Assembly: GCA_039034035.1 (NCBI GenBank)
Contig: JBCCBN010000023.1
Location: 1-26,122, forward strand
Source of the DNA: Pseudomonadota bacterium
GTDB taxonomy: Bacteria; Pseudomonadota; Alphaproteobacteria; Caulobacterales; Hyphomonadaceae
Direction of reading: 5' to 3'
Length of the DNA stretch: 26,122 nt
Both the position numbers and the translations under genes were made by a program. The notes under the pieces were generated by a model, which was not told where the DNA came from, did not search any database, and saw only the letters and a program-made list of their open reading frames with translations. Shown piece by piece: positions 8,262 to 16,425 of this stretch (its first letter is position 1; each line of letters opens with the position of its first letter).

Positions 8262-9266
8262 TTGAAACATCTTCTGTCCTTGATTTTCGCCAGTCTCGCT
8301 GTCGCCGCGCCGGTGTATGGCCAGGCCGCCGATCTGCCGCCCAGCGCGTTACCGGGGCAGTGTTTCACCCGGGTTGTTTCGCCTACAATCACAGAGACCG
8401 TCACTGAAACCGTTCTCGTCCGGCCTGAGACAGAGCGATTCGAACTCGTGCCCGCCGTGTTCCGGCCATCGACTGAACGCGTGCTCATTAAGGAGGAAAC
8501 GGTCGCATTTCAGATGGTGCCAGCCGTGTACGAAACCGTCACCGAGGACATCCTCGTTGAGCCAGCACGGACGGTGACCGAGCCGGTGGCCGCCCAATAC
8601 GAAACCTACAGCGAAACGATAATTATCACGCCCGAGAGGCAAGTCTGGAAACCCGGCCGCGGCCTGATGGGACGGTCATCCGCAACGCCCGAGGGCAGCC
8701 CGCAGGCGACGGGCGACCTGTTGTGCCGGGTTGTCGAACCGGCGGTGACCCGGACCGTGGAACGGATCCGGCTTATCTCGCCACCAACGACACGGGAACG
8801 GATGATCCCCGCAAGATTTGAAACCGTTTCCCGCCGCGTGATCGTGACGCCGGCCCGGATCGAAGAAGTGATAGTTCCGGCTGAATACCGCGACGTGCCG
8901 ACCCAGGTGCTCGTCACCCCAGCCGAAGAGCGGCGTGTCGTGGAGCCCGCGGTCTATGAAACCGTCACTCGGCAAGAGCGCGTGGGCGGGGGAGACGTGG
9001 TCTGGGCCGAGGTGCTGTGTGAAACCAACACAACCCGCTTCAAAGTCGCCGAGATCCAGGGTGCGTTGACAGACGCCGGCTATCCAACGCGGGTCGACGG
9101 CGTGTTCGGGCCCGACACATTGCGGGCGATGCAGCGGTTCCAGCAGGACGAGGCCCTCGCCGAAGGATACCTGACCATTGATACGGTGCAGGCGCTTGGC
9201 ATAAATCCCTATGAACGACCACCAGATCTGGTCTTCGCCCTGCTTGGATCCCACGCTGACGCGTGA
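8262..9266 (+). CDS. secreted tandem-repeat protein with C-terminal peptidoglycan-binding (PG_binding_1-like) domain
   Basis: Reannotated start TTG 8262 (GGGAG RBS at -6). The listed ORF from 8040 runs through the AT-rich, promoter-like DNA. Signal peptide LKHLLSLIFASLAVAAPVYG/QAAD. Then ~8 degenerate repeats, e.g. VPAVFRPSTERVLIKEE, VPAVYETVTEDILVEPAR, VAAQYETYSETIIITPER, IPARFETVSRRVIVTPAR, VPAEYRDVPTQVLVTPAE, EPAVYETVTRQERV. The C-terminus AEIQGALTDAGYPTRVDGVFGPDTLRAMQRFQQDEALAEGYLTIDTVQAL fits the PG-binding-domain pattern. Confidence 0.7.
   Translation: MKHLLSLIFASLAVAAPVYGQAADLPPSALPGQCFTRVVSPTITETVTETVLVRPETERFELVPAVFRPSTERVLIKEETVAFQMVPAVYETVTEDILVEPARTVTEPVAAQYETYSETIIITPERQVWKPGRGLMGRSSATPEGSPQATGDLLCRVVEPAVTRTVERIRLISPPTTRERMIPARFETVSRRVIVTPARIEEVIVPAEYRDVPTQVLVTPAEERRVVEPAVYETVTRQERVGGGDVVWAEVLCETNTTRFKVAEIQGALTDAGYPTRVDGVFGPDTLRAMQRFQQDEALAEGYLTIDTVQALGINPYERPPDLVFALLGSHADA
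8370..8984 (+). repeat. protein-level tandem repeats (~8 x 22-24 aa, consensus [VI]-P-A-x-[YF]-E-T-V-[TS]-E-x-[VI]-L-V-x-P-[AE])
   Basis: Periodicity was read directly from the translation (residues ~111-315 of the listed ORF). The DNA copies are diverged, so they are not a simple nucleotide repeat. Confidence 0.6.
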
Positions 9267-9337
9267 TTCGGGGTGGTATACGGGTAAGATCGTGCAAATG
9301 ACCGATCATTTCGGATCAAGGAACGAGGACGATAGGG

Positions 9338-10336
9338 GTGTTTACGCTTTCCATCCTTGACCCGACGCCAATCCGGACCGGCCAAACCGCCGCAGCAGCC
9401 TTGGATGAAACGCGCGCGCTCGCAGAGCTGGGCGACCAACTTGGATACCGCGCATACTGGGTCCAGGAACACCACAATACAGCAAGCTTTGCCGGCACCG
9501 CGCCAGAGGTCCTGATCGCCGATCTTGCCGCCCGGACACGCAAGATTCGCGTAGGATCCGGGGGAGTCATGCTTCCCAACTACTCTCCCTTGAAAGTGGC
9601 AGAGCAATTCATGACGCTTTCGGCGCTCAATGCAGGCCGGATTGATCTGGGCATCGGGCGCGCCACGGGCGCTGATCCCCGCACCTCCGCTGCCTTGCTG
9701 GGTCCCGGCGCGCAGAGTTTTCCGGCCCTGTTTCAGCTCCTGAAAGATTGGCTGCTGGAAGCTGCAGGCACGCCGCTACCCGACAATCACAAGGCAGTGG
9801 GCATCCATGCCCGTCCCATGGCCGGGTTGCCGGACCTATGGCTGCTGGCATCATCGGCCGAAAGCGCCGCTTATGCCGGGGCAGTTGGCGTGAAACTCGC
9901 CTTCGCAGAATTCTTGTCGCCGACTGGCGCCGCTGAAGCGATCGCGGCCTATCGCGACAGCTTCTCCCCGTCGCGCTTCTGCGCAACGCCTCACGCTGCC
10001 ATCGGCACCCTCGCCCTGGCCGCCGATACCGAGGCGGACGCTGAGCGGGAAGCGCGGGTTGGCCTCGCCTGGAACGTTGTTCGCGCCACTGGCCGTTTCG
10101 CACCATTCCCATCGCCTGAAGAAGCAGACGCGATCCTCGCCCGCGCAGACACGGCTCTGTTGCCAACCTTACGCGCGCGAAACTTGTCCGGAACGGCCGT
10201 CGATGTCGCGCAGACGCTGCGCTCGCACATGTCGGAAATCAACGCAGACGAGGCATTTGTCCTAACGATTTCGGCAACGATTCCCGCGCGGGCCCGATCC
10301 TATCAACTCCTGATGCAAGCGTGGCGGGACCGCTGA
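9338..10336 (+). CDS. LLM-class flavin-dependent oxidoreductase (luciferase-like monooxygenase, MsnO8-type)
   Basis: 332 aa with a GTG start. MFTLSILDPTPI...ALDETRALAELGDQLGYRAYWVQEHHNTASFAGTAPEVLIADLAARTRKIRVGSGGVMLPNYSPLKVAEQFMTLSALNAGRIDLGIGRA is the canonical N-terminal TIM-barrel signature of this family. Confidence 0.85.
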   Translation: MFTLSILDPTPIRTGQTAAAALDETRALAELGDQLGYRAYWVQEHHNTASFAGTAPEVLIADLAARTRKIRVGSGGVMLPNYSPLKVAEQFMTLSALNAGRIDLGIGRATGADPRTSAALLGPGAQSFPALFQLLKDWLLEAAGTPLPDNHKAVGIHARPMAGLPDLWLLASSAESAAYAGAVGVKLAFAEFLSPTGAAEAIAAYRDSFSPSRFCATPHAAIGTLALAADTEADAEREARVGLAWNVVRATGRFAPFPSPEEADAILARADTALLPTLRARNLSGTAVDVAQTLRSHMSEINADEAFVLTISATIPARARSYQLLMQAWRDR

Positions 10337-10358
10337 CCTGCCGGCCGCACTGCCGGGA

Positions 10359-10976
10359 CTATGGGGCGGCAAACGGAAGGGCTTTCATGCGGGCACGCCA
10401 AGCGCCGATGTGTTCGTACTCCTCATGCGGTTTCCATCGCATGAGCGCACAAAAACCGCAGGTCAAATGGGTCGTGATGTCAGCAATCGAAAACCGACCT
10501 GCCGCGACAAACTCATGGTCCTTGAGGTGGTCATCCAGCCGCTTCACAAAAGCCTTCACGTTGCGCTCGGCTTTTTCGGCGGTGCCTTCGCATTGCGGGT
10601 TTTCAAGCGGGGCCATTGCCGGATGGCTGTTCCGAAACCATTGGGCGAACGGCATCATGAACATGAATTCGATGCGGCGGTCCCACATCTCGATCAATCC
10701 ACGCTCTTTCGGGTCGGTTCCCATGAGATTGGGATCGGGGAAAAGGCCTTCGAGATAGGTGCAAATGGCGCGGGATTCGGTCATCGCCGTGCCGTCGTCG
10801 AGCACGAGCACCGGAACCTGCGCGAACGGGCTGAGCGCGCGGTAGGCATCTGTCCGATGCTCCTGCTCCATGATCGAGACTTGCTCGATCTCAACCGTAT
10901 CGAGCCGTCCTTTCGCCCGAAGAAAGTGCACGACGCGTTCGGGGTTTACGGCTTTGGGTGCGTGATAGAGTTTCAT
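10359..10976 (-). CDS. glutathione S-transferase
   Basis: 205 aa. N-terminal thioredoxin-like domain: MKLYHAPKAVNPERVVHFL...AQVPVLVLDDGTAMTESRAICTYLEGLFPDPNLMG. C-terminal helical domain follows. GGAGG RBS at -5. Confidence 0.8.
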   Translation of the reverse strand: MKLYHAPKAVNPERVVHFLRAKGRLDTVEIEQVSIMEQEHRTDAYRALSPFAQVPVLVLDDGTAMTESRAICTYLEGLFPDPNLMGTDPKERGLIEMWDRRIEFMFMMPFAQWFRNSHPAMAPLENPQCEGTAEKAERNVKAFVKRLDDHLKDHEFVAAGRFSIADITTHLTCGFCALMRWKPHEEYEHIGAWRARMKALPFAAP

Positions 10977-11012
10977 GGCGAGGCCTCCAATCGCGGATTT
11001 GATGTGACGGGT

Positions 11013-13115
11013 TCAGCGGAACCGTTTCCGGATACCGAATGTGGCATTCAAAGGCTCACCTGGGAAATAGCGGTCATTGCCGAATGCGAAATCTGCCCGG
11101 TCGGCATACTCCAGATCGAAGAGGTTACGGACGAGCAAGAACCCGTCGAGCGTTTCGGTGATCGCGTGCTCCAGCCGGAGATGGGTCAGTGTGTGCCCGG
11201 GATACTGTCGCGAGCCGGACGGGTTTGACACGTATTCGCCGATGTATTCGAAGCGCAGCGACACATCTGTCCGGTCGTCATGGGCATAGGTCAGCGCCGC
11301 ATCGGCCAGCCATTCCGGCGCGGTGTCGATGGGCTCGCCCTGTTTGATCGCTTCGGACGCGTTGCCGACAGGACGGCTGAAATCATAGGTCTGGTCCGAC
11401 CAGGCGAGCGAGCCCGACAGGCGCAGTTCGCGTCCCATGACCAGCGTCGACTGCCAGAGCAGTCCATTGAGCGCCAGCTCCAGCCCCATATGGTCTGTCC
11501 GCCCATCGGGCACGTTCAGCCCATCGGCATCGCGGAAGAAGAAATTCTTCTTCTCCATCCGGTAGACCGCCGCGTCAAAGGCCAACTCACCGATCAGTCC
11601 CCGAATGCCCAACTCACCTGAATCAAGCGTCTCCGCTTCCACTTCTCCGGCGATCTGCTGCGATTGCAGCCGGTAGAGATCGCTCGCCTGGGGCGCCCGT
11701 TCGCCCCGCGCATAGTTGGCGTAGACGTCCACCGTCTCGCTCACTGCGAACACGGCGCCGAGCTTCGGCGTCAGCAGGGCGAACGAATCGGACCGGTCTT
11801 CGGCCACGTTGAACCGGCCATTGATCCCCGCCGGAATGTTGGTGGTATAGTCATAGTCATGGTTCTCGGCCCTGAGGCCGGCCAGCACGAACAGCCGGCC
11901 GGTCACCTGCCAGTCCACCTCGCCCCAAAGGGCATAGGCCTGGGTCTCGACATCGTAGTCATAATGGGTGCCGACCGGGAACCGCGTGTCGCCCGGGAAG
12001 AAGCCGAACGGATCGTCCTGGGTTTCCTTGAGAAACCCAGTCGCGATATCGGCATCGGCCCCGAGGGTTACCGACACGGCCTCCGACAGGGCGATGTCCT
12101 CCCACCGCGCCTGGACTCCGCCGCCGGTATGCCCGTTCTCCTCGAAGCCGCGATAGGGCAGGAAGTGCTGGCGGAAGCTCATGTTCTGGGTGCGGGCGAA
12201 GGGGGTCAGGCTGAGCGTGCCGGCGGCGGCGGCACGCTCAAACCGGATCGCAGCGCGGGCCGAGCGGGCGTCGCGGCCGGCTTCCGGATTGGGGTTTGAG
12301 CGGGCGATATCCCGGTCGCGATAGGCCTTGAAGCCCTGGATGAAGCCGGCGGTTTCCTGGTGCATGTTCTGCAGGCTGAGCCAGGCCGTCGCGTCCCAGC
12401 CGCCGAGCCGGCTCTCGCTCACCAGCGACAGTTTCTGCTGGTCAAGGCCAGTGAAGTCCCGCCAGCCCACATCCTTCTGGAGCGACACGCCGACGGTCGT
12501 GGATCGCCCGAGGTCGATAGTGCCTTCGCCCTTGTAGCGTTGGAGCGTCGATGCCGAGAGACGCAAGTCCGCACCGCCTTCTCGCCCGCCCGGCTCTGGA
12601 AGGAAGACGTTGATGAGGCCGTGGACAGCATTAGAGCCGAACTTCGCGCTGCCCGGCCCGCGCACCACTTCCACCGCAGTCGCCACCTCATGGTGCGGCT
12701 CGATGAGGCTGTTGACGTTTCCAAACGCCGGCGATCGGGTCGGCACGCCGTTTTCCAGGATCAGGAAGCTGCCCTGCCCCGCCCCGCCGGTCAGTACGGG
12801 TGAGCGGATGGCGATCAGGTGCTCCTGGCCGGAATTCATCTGGATGTTGACGCCCGGCAGCGTGTTCAGGAGTTCCGCCGGATGGTCGGCCGCCAGCGTG
12901 ATGACGGTCTCCGCGTCAATCACGGAATAGCTGCCCGGCTCCCCTTCCGCCCGGTCGCCATAGACAACGACCGGATCGTACACGATCACGCCCGAATCGG
13001 GCGCACTCTGCCGGCCCAGTGCCGCGTCCGCCCCTTCCGCATCACTCCCCTGCGCGCTCACCGACAAGGCGAACGCCGCCGCGCCGCCCACCAAGCTCAA
13101 GCCTCGCATACTCAA
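11013..13115 (-). CDS. TonB-dependent outer-membrane receptor
   Basis: 700 aa. Signal peptide MSMRGLSLVGGAAAFALSVSAQG. TonB-box/plug region reads VIVYDPVVVYGDR...SVIDAETV...LNTLPGVN...RSPVLTGGAGQGSFLILENGVP...VEVVRGPGSAKFGSNAVHGLINV, followed by a long beta-barrel. The C-terminus ...FGIRKRFR is slightly atypical because it is not a terminal aromatic. Its start lies 3 nt after the nupC stop. Confidence 0.85.
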   Translation of the reverse strand: MSMRGLSLVGGAAAFALSVSAQGSDAEGADAALGRQSAPDSGVIVYDPVVVYGDRAEGEPGSYSVIDAETVITLAADHPAELLNTLPGVNIQMNSGQEHLIAIRSPVLTGGAGQGSFLILENGVPTRSPAFGNVNSLIEPHHEVATAVEVVRGPGSAKFGSNAVHGLINVFLPEPGGREGGADLRLSASTLQRYKGEGTIDLGRSTTVGVSLQKDVGWRDFTGLDQQKLSLVSESRLGGWDATAWLSLQNMHQETAGFIQGFKAYRDRDIARSNPNPEAGRDARSARAAIRFERAAAAGTLSLTPFARTQNMSFRQHFLPYRGFEENGHTGGGVQARWEDIALSEAVSVTLGADADIATGFLKETQDDPFGFFPGDTRFPVGTHYDYDVETQAYALWGEVDWQVTGRLFVLAGLRAENHDYDYTTNIPAGINGRFNVAEDRSDSFALLTPKLGAVFAVSETVDVYANYARGERAPQASDLYRLQSQQIAGEVEAETLDSGELGIRGLIGELAFDAAVYRMEKKNFFFRDADGLNVPDGRTDHMGLELALNGLLWQSTLVMGRELRLSGSLAWSDQTYDFSRPVGNASEAIKQGEPIDTAPEWLADAALTYAHDDRTDVSLRFEYIGEYVSNPSGSRQYPGHTLTHLRLEHAITETLDGFLLVRNLFDLEYADRADFAFGNDRYFPGEPLNATFGIRKRFR

Positions 13116-13118
13116 CTC

Positions 13119-14396
13119 CTAGAGAAACAGTCCGACCGGCAACGCCCCCACAACCGCTCCTGACATGCACGTAGCCAAGGTACCAGCAATCAATGTTTTC
13201 CAAGCCAGCGAAAGGAACGTGTCCCGGCGTTCGGGTTCAATAATCGTTAAGCCGCCGATCAGGATGCCCATTGAGCCGAAATTGGCGAAGCCGCAAATGG
13301 CGTGAGCGGTGATGATGCGGGTCCGTTCGCTCATTTCCGCGTCGGGGGTTGCGGCGAGTTGGAGGAACGCGACGAACTCGGTGAGAACGGTCTTCACACC
13401 CATAAGGGAGCCCGAGCGGGCCGCTTCCTCCAACGGCACACCGATCATGTACATCAGCGGCATGAAGAGCCATCCGAGGACGCGCTCGATCGAGAGGGGC
13501 GCTCCGGCGACGTCTGGCAGGGCTCCGAGCATGGCATTTGCGAGATACAGTAAGGCGAGCGCGGCGATCAGCATCGTCATGATGTTCAGGACGATCTTCA
13601 GTCCGTCGGCGGCCCCGGTGGCGAAAGCGTCCATGGTCGACTGGTATTCGAAATCGGGTTCGTGGGCGCGTTGTTCGGTGGCCGTCGCTTCGGGGACCAT
13701 GACGAGGGCGAGCGCGACGGCAGCGGGGGCGGCCATGATTGAGGCGGTGAGAAGCTGTGCAAGGGGATTGAAGCTGACGCCGGCGTCTTCAAGGAAGGTG
13801 ACATAGATGATCAGGACACTACCGGCGATGGTGGCAAAACCGGTGGTCATCAGAATGAAGAGTTCTGACCGGGTCATGCCCTTGAGATAGGGCTTCACCA
13901 GGACCGGCGCCTCGGTCATGCCCATGAAGACATTGGCTGAGACCGCGAGCGATGTGGCCCCACCCAGGCCCATGGCACGGCGAAAGACGAAGGCGAACCC
14001 CTTGGTGACCCATCGCAGGATACGCCAATGCCACAGCATGGCCGATAGCGCTGCCACGACGATGACGATGGGCAGGATCTGGAAGAAGAAGAGCGGCGGC
14101 GCGTCGCCGGCCATGATCGCGCTGGCTTGCTCGTTGTTGCCGATATAGCCGAACACGAAGCCGGTCCCGGCCCGGGTGGCGTCTTCCAGGGCATCGACAA
14201 TGATATTGGCGCTAAACAGGACGCCGCGGACGGGTGGCACCCCGAACAGCAACAGGGCAAAGACGAATTGGAGCGCCACCGCGCCAAGCACGATGCGCCA
14301 GGGAAACACAGAACGATTTTCAGACAATCCAAACGCTATGCCGATGATGAGGGCGATACCAAGCAGTGCCCTGAGATTATCCCACCCCCATTCCAT
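13119..14396 (-). CDS. nupC: concentrative nucleoside transporter, NupC/CNT family
   Basis: 425 aa polytopic membrane protein. The N-terminal MEWGWDNLRALLGIALIIGIAFGLSENRS is family-typical. The C-terminal GFANFGSMGILIGGLTIIEPERR corresponds to E. coli NupC SFANFSSIGIIAGAVKGL. GGAGGG RBS. Confidence 0.85.
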   Translation of the reverse strand: MEWGWDNLRALLGIALIIGIAFGLSENRSVFPWRIVLGAVALQFVFALLLFGVPPVRGVLFSANIIVDALEDATRAGTGFVFGYIGNNEQASAIMAGDAPPLFFFQILPIVIVVAALSAMLWHWRILRWVTKGFAFVFRRAMGLGGATSLAVSANVFMGMTEAPVLVKPYLKGMTRSELFILMTTGFATIAGSVLIIYVTFLEDAGVSFNPLAQLLTASIMAAPAAVALALVMVPEATATEQRAHEPDFEYQSTMDAFATGAADGLKIVLNIMTMLIAALALLYLANAMLGALPDVAGAPLSIERVLGWLFMPLMYMIGVPLEEAARSGSLMGVKTVLTEFVAFLQLAATPDAEMSERTRIITAHAICGFANFGSMGILIGGLTIIEPERRDTFLSLAWKTLIAGTLATCMSGAVVGALPVGLFL

Positions 14397-14578
14397 ATGC
14401 CCGACTTCCCTCCAATACTGCCGAACGGACGCTAGACGGCCCCGGTGGAAAATGAAACAATCCTTTCACATTCGGAACACCGCCGCCTCGAAGGAGGGCA
14501 CTGCTTGACCGCCGGCTCACCCGCCCGCCTGGAAGGACTTCCTGGCGTTGACGCGAAACGATGCGGAGGACTGGTAGA

Positions 14579-14983
14579 ATGAGTATCGAGCGTGACCTGA
14601 GGGGTCACCACCCGGAAGATGACGCGATTGGCCTGAATGAGGGCCTTTTGCCGGAGGACCTTCAAGGGCTCACCACCGACGACATTGCCGGCATACTGGC
14701 CTCGACCGAGACGCTTGAGGCGCGCCATCAGCGCCTGGTGTCGATCCGTGACCAGCTTGAGACGCTGAGCCACACAGGCGGCGAAGATGTCGACGGCGCC
14801 GGTGCAGTCGGGACGCTGATAAGCGCCGTGGAGGGCGCGCTGCAGCGGCTTGAACATGGGCGGAGCCATCCAGGCGGGCGGTATGGCGCGGGGCTCGACC
14901 CGGACGGCAGGGCCGATACCCAATCGCCTGACGATTTGCTGGCTGATGATTGGCGCTTGTCGGTGGATCCGACCCATCTCTAG
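14579..14983 (+). CDS. hypothetical acidic protein
   Basis: Start at ATG 14579 (MSIERDL...), with a GGAGGA RBS 6 nt upstream. The Asp/Glu-rich sequence has no recognisable domain. The overlapping minus-strand ORF 14432..15097 is Arg-rich and was judged a shadow. Confidence 0.4.
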   Translation: MSIERDLRGHHPEDDAIGLNEGLLPEDLQGLTTDDIAGILASTETLEARHQRLVSIRDQLETLSHTGGEDVDGAGAVGTLISAVEGALQRLEHGRSHPGGRYGAGLDPDGRADTQSPDDLLADDWRLSVDPTHL

Positions 14984-15130
14984 GATGGGGTGGGCGCGGA
15001 GGTGAACCGGGCGACGCCGAATTGTGCCTGATCGTGGCCGCCTGTTCGGCGCCTGGGCATCTGAACGCTTTCGTCCCGGGCCCTCCTCTCGCGGCATCGT
15101 CGCGTCGTAGCGAAGATGCCGCCGGCTGGA

Positions 15131-15628
15131 TCAGTAGCTGTTCTTGATGAACATGACCTTCCGGATGATCGACACGGTCTCGTCTTCGAGGCCCATATAA
15201 TCAGAGATTTTCTTCAGAAAGGCTTCTTCGCTATCGCGGAACTTCCGGTCGGCCAGGACGATGTCCATGCAATGGGTATAGACCGACATGCGCATGTCGC
15301 GGGGGAGCACCCGGCAGGCCTCCTTGATAGAGCCTTCCCGGTCGGCCTTCACGCGATCGATCACGGTCTGGTTGACCTGCGCCAGGCGCTCGGGGGTAAG
15401 CCGCTTCATGGTTCGGCAGCGCCGGACAAGGGCGGCGATTTCCTGTCGCTCTTCGGCGGCCATTTCGCCGTCGGCAAAAGCGGCTTCCAGGACCAGGCAC
15501 AAGAACGCTTCCGGCATGCTCCAATCGGAGTCGCTGTCGTCGAACATCCGCTCCGCTTCGTCCAGATCGGGGAGTTCGTTGGGTTCAGGGTCACCCGCGG
15601 GGAAAAGGATCCTCATTTCGGTCGTCAT
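15131..15628 (-). CDS. TerB-like (tellurite-resistance TerB family) domain protein
   Basis: 165 aa, all-helical. FLCLVLEAAFADGEMAAEERQEIAAL...ACRVLPRDMRMSVYTHCMDIVLADRKFRDSEEAFLKKISDYMGL matches the TerB pattern (aDG.v...E ... and a second half with D/E). GGGAG RBS. Confidence 0.6.
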   Translation of the reverse strand: MTTEMRILFPAGDPEPNELPDLDEAERMFDDSDSDWSMPEAFLCLVLEAAFADGEMAAEERQEIAALVRRCRTMKRLTPERLAQVNQTVIDRVKADREGSIKEACRVLPRDMRMSVYTHCMDIVLADRKFRDSEEAFLKKISDYMGLEDETVSIIRKVMFIKNSY

Positions 15629-15755
15629 CTTACACTCCCAATGCAGACCTGGCCCGCATTCGCCAAGGTCTCATCTCTACCTATAATTCTGTCACAGGCC
15701 CACGCAATGTTCCACTCGGTTGAACGGATGCGATAATAGCGGGAGCCCGTATCGC

Positions 15756-16361
15756 CTAACAATTCTCAGGATCCGTACATGGGCGCGGCTGGGGACCCGC
15801 ACGGCGCGCTAGGCTATCACGTTGCCGTTGCAACGCTGCCAAGTGATTTCGGAGACTGGTCTGCGCTGTGCCAAGCTCGAGGATGAGCGTTTCGCGATTC
15901 CAATCAGGGGTTTCTGGCGGGGTAGCGTCCCGTTGCGAGATCGAAGCCCCTCGAGAGCGGCGTTCGCGCACCACATCCGCGATTTCGGCCTTCTTCGCTT
16001 CGATATCCTGTTCGAGCCCTTCAATCTCGGCGACGCCGCGTGAGATTTCGCCGAGCCCGGCAAGCTGGTCGACCAATCGGTCGCGTTCGTCGGTGATGCG
16101 CTCCAACTCTCTGACTTCGGCCTCAAGCCGGATCTTGTCCTGTTCGAGGCTGCTGACATTCCCCGACAAGAAGAACCATGTGGCGCCGGCTGCGAGGGCG
16201 GCAACCAGCAGGGAGAGCAAGATGGCGGATGCAGTCGAAAGGCCCACGCGCTTATACTCTATTTCGGCTTCGTGTGAGGGGTGGGGAAACAGGGTTCGGG
16301 CTTCAACCACCATGGGCGGCGGCCTGTCCTGGGGATCTACGTCGTAATCACTGGACGCCAT
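15756..16361 (-). CDS. hypothetical membrane-anchored coiled-coil protein
   Basis: 201 aa. Pro-rich N-terminus, one TM helix (ILLSLLVAALAAGATWFFL), then heptad-like LEQDKIRLEAEVRELERITDERDRLVDQLAGL...IEGLEQDIEAKKAEIADVVRERR. Strong GGAGGG RBS. Confidence 0.6.
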   Translation of the reverse strand: MASSDYDVDPQDRPPPMVVEARTLFPHPSHEAEIEYKRVGLSTASAILLSLLVAALAAGATWFFLSGNVSSLEQDKIRLEAEVRELERITDERDRLVDQLAGLGEISRGVAEIEGLEQDIEAKKAEIADVVRERRSRGASISQRDATPPETPDWNRETLILELGTAQTSLRNHLAALQRQRDSLARRAGPQPRPCTDPENC

Positions 16362-16425
16362 TCTTGCCCTCCATGCTGGGTCGTGCCCGTCGTTCTGCCG
16401 TCATCTTGTCACCCATGGTCGTAGC

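Noticed and set aside
10410-11228. 272-aa plus-strand ORF
   Set aside because: It lies antisense to the well-supported GST and the C-terminus of the TonB-dependent receptor, so it is a shadow ORF.
13309-14332. Several 70-165-aa ORFs inside nupC on both strands
   Set aside because: They are alternative-frame or antisense shadows of a clearly identified NupC-family gene.
14432-15097. 221-aa minus-strand ORF overlapping the acidic hypothetical gene
   Set aside because: It is extremely Arg/Pro-rich and lacks an RBS, so it is a shadow of the plus-strand ORF 14579..14983, which has a GGAGGA RBS. The call is low confidence either way.
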